Notes under the pieces: model-generated
What the model saw: only the letters and a program-made list of their open reading frames with translations
Database searches by the model: none
Told to the model about the DNA's origin: nothing
Position numbers and translations under genes: made by a program
Shown: positions 31,277 through 43,061 of the stretch, in pieces
Layout of the letters: every line of letters begins with the position of its first letter
Numbering within the stretch: position 1 is the stretch's first letter
Source: Trichoplax sp. H2
Taxonomy: Eukaryota
Direction of reading: 5' to 3'
DNA length: 64,000 nt
Assembly (NCBI GenBank): GCA_003344405.1
Contig: NOWV01000116.1
Span: 1-64,000 of the forward strand

Positions 31277-31914
31277 GATCCACCAATGCAAGACGACAGT
31301 TAATAATAATTGTATTCAAATTGGATACCAACGATCAATTCCAAGGCTGTCAATGATCAGTCCAACTGATGAAGTTTGGAAACAACTTGGAAGCAAGATT
31401 TCGATCAGTAATAACGATCCAACTCTCTTAAAGACCCAATCCAACGGAAAAAGTTGACAGAATCACCCCACTGGGAAGCAAAAGATGAAGATTTCGATCA
31501 GCAATAGCAATCGAGACTGTCGACAGACAGTCCAGACGACGGTAGCTATGGCGACATGAATAGTACGATGGCTTCTCTAGGAGGTCTGCTACCCAAACTA
31601 TCATTAAGATAACACTGCTCACTATAGAAGCCAACAATGAACATCGATATTGTTATGCCTCGAAAGCGGTACAGTACCGGTAGTATAGCAGTCTTGTGTA
31701 CAATGCGCCCTGTAGTGTATAGGGTCTTTACTAGAAGTCAAGAAAAAACAAAAATTCTACCTAGGGTATTAGGGTATCATGTTACCCTGCTCCCAAAGAA
31801 TGACGTCACCTTAGTTAGCGAAGCCCGTCCCCAAAATCAAAAATGGCAGAATGAAAACGAATTAATAAATCATGAATACTAGGATTGCTTTATCTCTCTG
31901 CTTAATTCAGTAAT

Positions 31915-32930
31915 CAAACAGCTTAAGATTTCTATTGGAGCTACTCTTTTTTCCCTAGATGATGCTCGGCATGGCTGACTGGTGTTGTCGACTGTCGGGG
32001 ATATGGAGCATTTCAACTTGATGAATTCATAAATGCTAAATTAAATAAATTAAATTAAATAATAAAGCAACCTAAAGTTTCTATTAGAGCTACTCTTTTT
32101 GGCCTAAATGATTGTTGGCATGGCTGACTGGTGTTGTTGACTATCGGGGACATGGAGCATTTCAACTTGATGAATTCATTAATACTAGAATAATTTAAAT
32201 TAAATAATAAAGCAACCTAAAATTTCTATTGGAGCTACTCTTTTTGGCCTAAATGATTGTTGGCATGGCTGACTGGTGTTGTCGACTATCGGGGACATGG
32301 AGCATTTCAACTTGATGAATTCATTAATACTAGAATAATTTAAATTAAATAATAAAGCTACCTAAAGTTTCTATTGGAGCTACTCTTTGTGGCCTAGATG
32401 ATATTCGGCATGGCTGACTGGTGTTGTCGACTATCGGGGACATGGAGCATTTCAACTTGATGAATTCATTAATGCTTAATTAAATATATATTAAATTAAA
32501 TAATAAAGCAACCTAAAGTTTCTATTGGAGCTACTCTTTTTGCCCTAAATGATTGTTGGCATGGCTGACTGGTATTGTCGACTGTCGGGGACATGGAGCA
32601 TTTCAACTTAATGAATTCATTAATACTAGAATCGCTTGATGTTTCTGCTTAATTAAATAAATTAAATTAAATAATAAAGCAAGCTAAAGTTTCTATTAGA
32701 GCTACTCTTTTTGGCCTAAATGAATGGTAGCATGGCTGACTGGTATTGTCGACTGTCGGGGACATGGAGTGTTTCAACTTAATCAATTTATTAGTACTAG
32801 GATCACTTGATGTTTCTGCTTAATTCAATAATCAAGTAAACTAAGGTTTCTATTGGAGCTACTCCTTTTGGCCTAAATGATTGTTGGCATGACTGACTGG
32901 TGTTGTTGACTGTTGGGGATATGCAACGTT
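31915..32930. repeat. Tandem satellite, 7 units of 145-171 bp
   Basis: Anchor TTCTATT(G/A)GAGCTACTC at 31930, 32079, 32224, 32369, 32520, 32691 and 32848. Each unit has a conserved ~105-bp core and a variable AT-rich linker. Confidence 0.95.
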
Positions 32931-33289
32931 TAGACGCTGTAGCAGAATACAAACTATCAACGATCACCGAATTATTTTGTTGCTAGATCAAATCATAGCA
33001 TTCACTCATCGAAAATCGATCTGATGTTATAGTTTACATCAGATACAAAAGGTGTATTATATGGCGATAGAGTATGTCTGAAGAAAGACAACTTCAGTGA
33101 TGTTGTCATTTTTTACTTCTATCTAACAGTCAATCGGAAATGCAATGGTAGGATTACAACACCATCAGGGGAGTAATCTATAACTGTATCATGGACAGAA
33201 ATAATATAAAGTAGAGCGTGCAATAAAAGATCAAGTAAATATTGACACGCTCCTCACGCTTTAGATAGTCGCCAGTTAAAGAAATAACT

Positions 33290-34070
33290 ATCTATAGGAA
33301 ATAATTCAATCCTATCATGCAAATCTGCAAGGTGATGAATAACTGATTATACTAACAAAGACAGTATAAATTCAAGAAATTTCGATCTACAGGAAAAAAG
33401 TTCCATCCTAGAAGGGGATTAACAGTTGATTACTAATAGAACCTGTATTAATTCGAGAAACTACTGGCGGCAGGAATAAACACAATCATACAAGGGGATT
33501 ATTGACTGATTACAAATAAAACTACTATAAATTCAAGAAGTAACAGTCTACAGGATGAAGCTCAATCCAATCACAAAGGCGATTAATGACTAGTTACTAA
33601 TAAAATCAGTACAATTCAAAGAAATAGCAGCCTACAGGATAAAGCTTAATCCTATCACAAAGACGATTAACGACTTGTTACTAATAAAATCAGTATCAAT
33701 TCAAGAAATGATTCTCTAAAAGGATAAAGCACAACTCCATCATGCAATCCTAAAAGATGCTTATAAACTGATTACGAATACATTCAGCATCAATTCAAGA
33801 AATAACTGTCTGAAAGAACAAAGCGCAATCCTATCATGCAATCCTAAAAGGTGATTAACAACTGATTAAGAATATAATCAGCATCCATTCAAGAAATAAC
33901 TGCCAAAGGGAAAGCTCAATCTAATCATACAATCCTAATAGGTGATGAATAAGCGATTCATTATAAATAAAATCAGTATAAACTCCAGAGATAATTGACG
34001 AAAGGGGAAGACCACAATCCTAGAATACGAGCTAAATAGATGATGAGCAGCTGATGACAAATAAAACCTA
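33290..34070. repeat. Degenerate tandem array, ~60-75 bp units, immediately upstream of murA
   Basis: About 11 diverged units resembling AATAAAATCAGTAT(A/C)AATTCAAGAAAT..CTACAGGATAAAGCTCAATCCTATCA..GATTAA..CTGATTACT. Confidence 0.85.
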
Positions 34071-34333
34071 CAGTCTATTAATTATAATATAATTGAATTG
34101 TATATTGTTATAAACTGTTAGAACTACCACTTTCAGCGAAGGGTGTGGCTTGTAAGCAATGATTCCGACATTTTCCTTCTGAGTTAAAGGAACTTGTGAG
34201 ACAAATACTTGTCTTTAGGGGTTTATGGGGGTTTCCCTTGGAAACCATTGATGACATACGAGACAGTCAGCCGCTGTACCAATATTGACTATCTTGGGCC
34301 CTGTAACTTACAAGGCAACACTTAGACGTCGTT

Positions 34334-35608
34334 ATGGAGAGAATTTTAATTCAGGGTGGAAACCATCTTTTTGGAGAAATAGCAATAAGTGGCTCAAAGA
34401 ATAGTTCGTTACCTTTAATGGCCGCTAGCCTTTTATCGAATCAAACTTTACAACTTACCAATATTCCTAAGCTATCTGACATAACAACAATGAAGAACTT
34501 GTTAGTGAATCTTGGGACAGTGATAGAAATCGTCGACCAAGAAGATAACGGATTACAGCTAAAATTATCCTCTGCTGACATTCAAAACTATTTTGTACCC
34601 TATGAGATTGAAAGTAAAATAAGAGCATCTATTTGGCTTCTTGGACCATTATTGACTAGGTTTGGTAAAGCAACAGTATCATTTCCAGGAGGTTGTGAGA
34701 TTGGTGCTAGACCAATCGATTTACATATAGCCGTTATGCAAGCGTTAGGAGCAAAAATAATAATGCACCACGATTGTATTGATGCTCATGTAGATGAATG
34801 TTTAGTAGGGTGCAATTTTTCTTTTACCAAAGTATCCGTTGGAGCAACTATAAATGCAATTTTAGCTGCAGTTTTAGCAAAGGGTGAGACCAATTTGTTT
34901 CACTGTGCAAGAGAACCAGAGATAGCTGATTTATGCCGTTGTTTAAATCAAATGGGAGCAGAGATCAAGGGTATTGGTACGACAGAATTGACAATTATTG
35001 GAAAAGATAGGCTCGATGGTACTAGCTATAAGGTAATGCCAGATAGGATAGAAGCAGGAACTTACATGATAGCGGCAGCAGTAACTAGAGGAGATGTCAA
35101 GTTACTGGGCATTGAATGTGACTTAATTGAAAATTTAGTAATGAGAATGAAAGCCGCTGGTGTAAGCATTCTACAGGGTAAGAACTTTATACGAGTGAAA
35201 CATCAAGGTCCTTTAAAGCCTGTTAATATTTCAACACAGCCTCATCCTGGTTTCCCGACTGATTTACAAGCTCAATTCATGTGCTTGATGACCTTGGCGG
35301 AAGGATTATCAACTATTTCGGAGACTATTTTTGAAAATCGGTTTATGCATGTTCGTGAGTTGTGTAAAATGGGAGCTAACATAACTATTGATGGCCATGA
35401 TGCGGTTGTACAAGGAGTCCAATCTCTAGTAGGGGCTGAAGTTATGGCAAGTGATTTAAGAGCTTCGGCAGGTTTAGTGATTGCAGGACTTTGTGCCAGA
35501 GGTGAAACAACCATTAGAGGGGTGCATCACTTAGATAGGGGATATCAGTCGCTTGAAAAGAAATTATCACAGTGTGGGGCTAAAATTTCGAGAATCACGG
35601 GCGATTAA
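34334..35608 (+). CDS. murA: UDP-N-acetylglucosamine 1-carboxyvinyltransferase (bacterial type, intronless)
   Basis: 424-aa uninterrupted ORF with MurA motifs ISGSKNS (K22), RASIWLLGPLL, PGGCEIGARPIDLH (C121, equivalent to E. coli C115), KVSVGAT, AREPEI, PDRIEAGT, PGFPTDLQAQ, ETIFENRFMH, SDLRAS and HLDRGY. Confidence 0.97.
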   Translation: MERILIQGGNHLFGEIAISGSKNSSLPLMAASLLSNQTLQLTNIPKLSDITTMKNLLVNLGTVIEIVDQEDNGLQLKLSSADIQNYFVPYEIESKIRASIWLLGPLLTRFGKATVSFPGGCEIGARPIDLHIAVMQALGAKIIMHHDCIDAHVDECLVGCNFSFTKVSVGATINAILAAVLAKGETNLFHCAREPEIADLCRCLNQMGAEIKGIGTTELTIIGKDRLDGTSYKVMPDRIEAGTYMIAAAVTRGDVKLLGIECDLIENLVMRMKAAGVSILQGKNFIRVKHQGPLKPVNISTQPHPGFPTDLQAQFMCLMTLAEGLSTISETIFENRFMHVRELCKMGANITIDGHDAVVQGVQSLVGAEVMASDLRASAGLVIAGLCARGETTIRGVHHLDRGYQSLEKKLSQCGAKISRITGD

Positions 35609-36077
35609 GTATCACTTTCATCAATAAGAGATTCAAAATACAAAGATTTTAATCGTATTTGATGGAAGACAGCGAAACCAATAACTCTACAATTGGCTTG
35701 AATGGAGAATTAAAAGTACAGCACAGATGCAGAAATAATTTATATTCTGCGGTATACAACCGAAGAGAGTGTCAAAGGTGAATACGTCATATAGTAATCC
35801 TGACGTAGCATTAAAACTGAAGTAAAATTATTTATTACCCGTAATACTTAATTTTTAATACCTTTCTAAAATTTTTCAAGAAGGTATGAATAAGTTTTAT
35901 TAATTTCTGTAGCAACCAAGTAGAAACCATATTGCAGTATCACAGAAACTAGAAATTATTAGTGCCAATTTAGTTCTTCTCGCTTTATGTGGTCTATTCA
36001 TCAATATCCATCACTGGTTGGATAATTCAGATTTGAATGCTGTGCCTAAATAAGTTCGTGAGCAAAATCATAATGTA

Positions 36078-39000
36078 TACAGCTTAAACCAATAGACGGT
36101 AAAATATCTAATAGACTGAAATTTAAATGTTGCCTGAGTTAAGCCTATCTGTAATGTAATTATTGAGGTGACAACCGTAAATCTAAGAAAAGCTCTTCAA
36201 TTCCTTCAAATTAGACAATATAAATATTAGCTCATGCTATCTATCGTAGTATCTTTGCAAAGAGTCATCTTGTACGGAAATAAATCAATTTACTTATAAC
36301 AACTGCAATAAACTTTTGAAAAGGTTCCAAACTTGTACGCCTATCGCTAATTTCGATCATGATCTGAAAGTGTACTTGTGTGAAACAATTTATTATGAGT
36401 GTTGTTGTCGTCTCTTATACGTATTAGCTAGAATATTGTTTACTGCAACAGGTTTATTGAATTACTATGTAACTAATAACAAACTACTTTCAATGAATTA
36501 CTATAAAAATTAGAGTATAAGCATAATAGGTGATTCCTATGTCTTTCTATTAGATATTGTAACAAATAGATATTGAAACCAACTATCGAAACGTCTATAG
36601 GTAATTTGTGAAAATCTACGTGCCTGAGGTACCGGTATATAAATAAAATATCAATTAGTAAAGTAGAACATAACTGGATCAAAGTCTTAATTAAATAGCA
36701 AGGAGAGTTCATTTCCTGAATAAGAATTGTCGATATCTTATAAACAAACTTCGCAAGTCTAGCTGTAGTAAAGAGTAGAAAAACATGCAGACTGTCTATA
36801 AATGTAGTCTACAAATATTTTTATTGAAGCGTACTTGTGTAATGAACATACATATTTTAATTTAGGTTACCTGTATCGTTTTAAATTTCAAATTTATCGA
36901 CCAACTCGAGTCATTTAAATGGGATCAATTGCATAATATATGGGCATGCTGGAATAAATGATTAATGTCATAGTAGATTTCACTTTACTTTGTGATTAAT
37001 TTTACTACACCAAGTTCTAATACTCGTGCACTATGGAAATAGTTATTAAAAGATTACTTAATCTCTAGTAATATTACACTATCGTTAGACACTGTAAAAA
37101 TAGGAAGTTCTTTTATTGTACAATATCCCTAAATGCATATATCATTGGTGTATAGAGTAGAAATATCAAAGCAAAATCTAGTTGGTATTGCTAGGCTTAC
37201 CTGTCTGTGACTAATTTCGGTTATAAAAGCGTAAATTAAATTTAGACAACGGATGCCCTATTTTATGATAACTTGCCACTATAATAGGTTAGTAAATACT
37301 ATCTTTTCTACAAGTATGTTATTACAGCGACTAATGACGATGATTCCTGCAATCATTCATACTGAAGCTGAAATTGCTTTAGCAATGCTTGCTTCTGCTT
37401 GGCTACTTGACAGCATTCGTAATTTTGCATACACGAGCTACTTAAAAAGTCGAATTCTTCTAGAATAGATTTTTGACAACGCTCAAATATCATGATGACT
37501 TTATTTTATTAGTATAATCTTACACCCTAAAACAAATATAAGAAGAATAGAGTATAACATAGATGATACAAACATAACTATTTAAGTATTAAGATTACTA
37601 TACTACGTACTTATATAGCTTACAATAACGACAAGAAATAAAAATAATTCCCTATCAACTAATGATAAACAACATATAAATCTACGTAGTAAGATGTTAA
37701 TCTATATTAACATAAGAAAGCGTCTTAATGGTTTGTGGTATTCTCGGTTGTATGCTTGTATTATCTTACAGCCATACATATTGTCTGAGAAATAGGTTGA
37801 AATTCGATTCCTCGCTTAAAAAATATTTTATAACCTCGTCTATATTGAGTAATGTTAAGAATTAAGATCTTATCGATTGTTTCTTTATCGATCTCTAAAA
37901 TTTTGGAACTTTTTAAGGATAGATATGAAACTAAATAGACGATTGAGGCATGGGTAATACTCGAATTAAGCGATGAAAATGTATGAAATCTATAAACGAG
38001 ATCGAACGTAACAATATAATGTACGAATAGACCTGTTATGATAAAAATGTAAAATGCTACTTGTAGCTGACTAATTGATATCTTAGGTGTGTAATACTTG
38101 AGATAGTTGTATAATTCTGCAGGAATACCAGTGCATGGATGAGTTCTACTTTCATATATATCGTAGTAGGTTTGACATAGTTTAGCTTGGAAATAATGAG
38201 AACCGTTGTTGCCTAAGTGAGCTTGGATTTTCTCTTTGAGTATGTTATGTCCGTCGTTAAAAGTACATTTTACACAACCGAAGCCACATTGCAATAATTT
38301 GACTGCAACTTTATTACTGTCTGACTCAATATATGAGTATTGAAAAACGATGCTCGAAATACCATTAATTGCATGATGGTGGTCGTCTCTTAGACTTCGT
38401 TTAATGTAATCCACAATACTAAGTTTGATAGTTTCTTCATTTAACATTTCTGGGGTATCAATTTCTACGTCATTGATACTGCCAGTTTGAGTGATGATAA
38501 AATCGACTCGCAAAATACCTTGCTTACTATCCAAGATTGTTTGAATATTTTCTTCTATTCTTGGCTTTACATCAATAATTCTTTGACATATAAGAGGACC
38601 TCGATCAGAGTAAGCGCTCAATAACAAATAGATAAAATGCACGTATGGAATTACAATAATAATAATTTCATTGAAATAGCTAGAAAATGCGAAAATAAAT
38701 GTTATAACAGTAATAGCGATTCTAGAAATCAATTGTAAACCGCAAGCTAATAGGGATGCAGTAAAAAAGACAAAAAAGAGTGAGTAGAACGTCATAAAGG
38801 CTAATACGAGAGGATGTATTAAAGGCCAATTTGTTATCTTGGGAAGTAAATTTCGTTTTAATTTGAATGTTAATACTTCAGAAATAAAAAGTAAAGCTCG
38901 TAAAAGTCCAATAAGTCCAAATATGCAAAATGGCAAGCAGATTATAAATGTTAAGAGATCTTTGATAAATTGAAATAGTTGTAGAGAAAGTAGATGATGT

Positions 39001-40759
39001 TTCATATCGACAAGAATGATGTTAATTTGGTGATAGGACTGTCGCTCATAACTTGGCGTTAAGTACATTTGTCTAGTTAGTAGCTCTTGATCATTGTCGT
39101 CAATTTGGTTATACGAATTATTTGAATCACTGGTCAATACCTGTTTCAAATGAGCTAAACTTAAAATCAATATGTATGGCCCGCAACATACTGCTATAAT
39201 AAATCCTATATCTTTAACGTCATGAAGTTTATCCATTTTATGAAATCGAGGTTTAAAAAAAAAATGCATTGAATTTCGTTGCAAAAGAAGAGAAAGAAAT
39301 CCCAATCCCGAAGATAGAATAACCAGTAATAAGAATATAATACAATGACTAATTTCTAGCCAATGGTAGTTAGTAGTATAGTCGGAAAAATGGAAATAGT
39401 TAACATTTTGAAAGTGTAACGTATCTAAGATACGAACCTTGACCATTTTCGTAAGATTTGTTGAATTTGGTAACATACTATCACTACGCTGGAGGTATGT
39501 TTCCCCGATTTGGTGAGACGATCCAGGCGATGATTGATAAGTTTCTTCTTGAATCAATCCTTGATGCGAATTATTAGTTTGTAGTAGGTTTAATGAATGA
39601 TCTTGACTCTCGTCAGAGGTAAGATGAGATTTATGTTCGCAATATCTATTGAAGGAAGATTTTATTCGGGTTATGTGCTACATATACTGTAATAACACTT
39701 TGGATCTGAACTAGGTATGGACTGTAACTGTAAAAAATTAACATTTCTATTTTGAGAAAACAAGTTTAGTTTGCGCTGGGTACTGAACATTGATGTAATT
39801 AGTTGGAATGCTTCTGAATAGATAAACAATAAATAATAGATTGCTTATAGACCGATAATACATAAAGTTCGTTACTGAATTTAAGGTTAACTTTCTACCG
39901 CTTTGTAAAATTTGTGACTTACCGATAATTACCTAATTCTTTCAAGAAGTTGTTAATAAGTTTATCTAACATAGTAACAGCTATAAGGGAACTGATTATT
40001 ATGGAAATTATTTGTACCATACGACCTGTCAATTTCTGTTTCCCTAGAATTAGGCATGTACTAATGTTAATTTTTGCAGCAACTATTTCTCTGTTACAGC
40101 ATGAATAAGGTATAGGATGATGTAAAAGTTCCTGTTTTCTATTAAAGCGTCGCCAAAATATTGTAGGACAATATCTACCAAAACAACCTCCACTTGAGTT
40201 TGTAAATTTTAATAATGCCTCAAAAATGATATACTTTCTTTTGGAATCACTTGTTAGTCGAGCATAGCAACCTCGGCTTGATTCAATAAGATTTAAACTC
40301 TGTCGATGTACGAAAACTGAATATAGACTTAAGCTTGTAGCAATATAATCGACCGGTAAAGAAATCAGAGCCCAACTAAAATCGTCTTTAACCCAGCCAT
40401 AGAAGTCATAATTTTTAGAATCGTTGTGTAGATTCTGACCATTTATTATCAGATTAAAATACACTATTTTAGTTTCTTTTGCTTCGATTTTTTGTCGAAA
40501 TAGGGCATAATGATGTGTATCATCATACACACTTAGAGAGCATTTGGAAGTGTTAAAAGACTTCTGTATCACTTGATCGGATGAATTTATAGACGCTGCT
40601 TGGATCAAGCAAACGACAAATACTACATAATGAAGAGATCGATTTCTAAACAAACCTAAAGTCATCGTCCTGTAAGATATAATTGAATAATATATTCACA
40701 TTACTTTAGTGTTCTGATATAATTACAATAAAGAATTATTACGTGTTAGAATTTTGTGT
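36078..40759. repeat. Arm A of a recent ~4.7-kb inverted segmental duplication (partner 49419-54454)
   Basis: The reverse complement is nearly identical to 49419-54454, including non-coding DNA. Homology ends sharply at 36078/54454 and 40759/49419. Confidence 0.95.
37442..40665 (-). CDS. Uncharacterised signal-peptide + Cys-rich ectodomain + multipass membrane protein, copy 1 (~875-878 aa)
   Basis: ORFs 39919-40665 and 37761-39557 join in phase via intron 39646-39922 (CG|GTAAGT..TCAATAG|A). A probable extra terminal exon lies at 37442-37459; without it the stop is at 37761. A probable non-coding 5' exon has its donor at 41165. Confidence 0.85.
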
Positions 40760-42434
40760 GCTTTTACTACAATATTAGCGATTACAAAATTAGCATTTCG
40801 TCGTATTTACTCTAAATGTCTACGCCTAAGTCTATTCGATCATTATAGGTATCTATTTATTCGCTAAATACAAGCCAGCTACAGTAAGAGATTTTAATGT
40901 CCCTAAAAATAAAATTAGAGGCAATCCGTAGAAGATAATGCGTAAGATTTGGAGAATGCAACATTATTAGCAAAGGTTACTCAGAATAACAGCTAGTGCA
41001 CACTTAATTATGCATTAAACTATCGAAAGATTTAACAATTGATATTGGAAATTATAAGTGAGTTACATATGGCACTAGAAATAACTACGTCGACGATTAA
41101 ATTGTTATATCAGAAACAGATTTTTCAAAAATCTAAGACATATATTAGATTTACTGTGAACTTACCTTCAATGTTACGATCAAGCTAACTTATAAAGGTC
41201 TTATTTCGCTCCTAGGACAATGATTTCTAAACTGTTTGAAATAACCAATTACGCAAGTTGAAATAGCAAAATGCCTAGAGATTTGATTATAAAACGCTGC
41301 AACACTTATTGATTGATAATGAAGTTTATTCTCTTATTGGGAAGTAATAATTTTGTACTAAAAATTGATGTTAAATTTTGAATAATTGACAATCTGAAAG
41401 AGAAGATTTACCAAATATTGTCGTTGTACACGTCACTTACGATCTGCAAATAAGCAATGTTTTCTCTATCTACTATTTCTTAAGTGATATCTATATCTAT
41501 CAACTGAAGTATTTAATTATTTATGCATAAAATAGTTTGTGATATCGTAATTTATGCAATGTTTGCATTTGTGTCATGCTGCGTCGAGAACGATAATAAC
41601 AACAGTAATAATTATTACAAAAATTGAGTAGCCGGTTTTACAGTGATATCGACGTTGGAATGAAGAAAACATCGACATTTTTTAATTTGATTCTATAGAG
41701 CTTTTACTAATAAACTATAGTTAACAATATCGATCTAATGTTACTGCTGCCTTGCTGCACTATAGAGAAGTAAACACGTAGGGTAAGTGATGGGGTAGCC
41801 TTCTCCTTCTGTAGTAGATCTCTTAAAATCTCGACTATGAAGCTATAACAATAGTAATCAACAAGAAACTGCAACTACTTTTTCAATCATACTCTCATTT
41901 CATAAGCTTCGTAGAGCTAACTACTGTTAGTGATCCTAAAATTTAAACAACATTATCAACCTACCTATCAGTTGTAATCATTTTGGCATTCTGTAGTGAT
42001 ACACCTCATATTTGATTATAATGATAGCTATATTCGATATAGTTAGGTTTCTAAGAATAGATATTATTGTGATGCTAATATTAGATGATTAATAACTACT
42101 ACATTAGAAATTGTCGATGACTAATGTAATGAAATGTAATATATAGAAATCAAGCTACAGAACTTTTAATAAATTTCGATTCAACCTTCGTGGCACTCTG
42201 GTCGACTAAACGAAACTTTGACACCCAATCAAATTGGGCAAACAACCGAACAACAATTTATTAAGTAAAATGTGAGACAGATAGACTAAACAACCTTCAA
42301 ATATTTGATTCTAAATATTATTGGTAAAGAGATCAAAAAACGACAGAACTGAAACTGTCAACAACAAAACAACCTAACAAAAAGAAGAACGTTTTCACTT
42401 ACAACAATTCTATCCAAAATAGTTGGTCAATTGT

Positions 42435-42622
42435 GCGGCCATTCATGGGGATTGACTGAATGGCGGGCCGATTGCTCGGTTATTGATTGGATTGACCAAG
42501 TTCACGGTTAGTTGCTCGGCCAGTCATAGGGAATAGCTGAATTGCTCGTCCAGTCATAGGGAATAGCCGAATTGCTCGGTCATTCCCTGGGAATGATCGA
42601 GCAACGGGGATTGACCGTAACA
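42435..42622. repeat. Short GC-richer array of ~29-bp units, possible transposon fragment
   Basis: TTGCTCG(G/T)CCAGTCATAGGGAATAGC(T/C)GAA tandem copies plus degenerate neighbours. Confidence 0.6.
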
Positions 42623-43061
42623 ATATTATCGCTAAATCTAATTTAGTATATGCCTTTTTCTACTAGGCTGTTTGATTGCGTTATAATTGTATGTGCATCG
42701 GCTGCCTATTATGTCCAGTTTTTCGATAACACCTTTTTGATAAAGCAAGCTATCATGCCATAATGACTTTTATTTTAACAGCATTATCTTATAACTTACA
42801 GCAATTACAACAAAGAAATAAGCCTATCATGGATTGATCATTAATACCAATATAATAACTACGCGTATTTAAGTACCGTATTAACATGTCAAGTATAATG
42901 TTACTATACAGCTTATGTTAACGATAAAAGAAAAGATATTCGTCATCGACTAGGATGATAAAACATACACAACTATGTAGTAAGATGGTAAACTGTGTTA
43001 ACTTAAGAAGGTGAATTAATACTTCACCGTATCCTCAGCTATTTGCTTATTTGTACGCGTA

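Noticed and set aside
31915-32930. CRISPR-like repeat/spacer reading
   Set aside because: The repeats exceed 100 bp, the linkers are related AT-rich sequence rather than unique spacers, there are no cas genes and the context is eukaryotic.
34334-35608. EPSP synthase (aroA) call, or a bacterial contaminant contig
   Set aside because: MurA-specific PGGCxIGxRP and FPTDxQ motifs exclude AroA. Contamination is disfavoured, though not excluded, because no bacterial genes flank it and both flanks have host paralogues.
37253-37468. 71-aa ORF repeated at 52740-52955, and ORFs 36473-36712 / 53740-54084
   Set aside because: The identity is explained by the recent duplication. The conserved block is better read as the terminal exon and 3' UTR on the opposite strand, and the copy-4 equivalent has an earlier in-frame stop.
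37761-40665. Treating the 248-aa and ~600-aa ORFs as separate genes, or calling the family a GPCR
   Set aside because: A conserved in-phase GT-AG intron joins them in every copy. No GPCR class motifs are visible and the hydrophobic pattern is not a compact 7TM.
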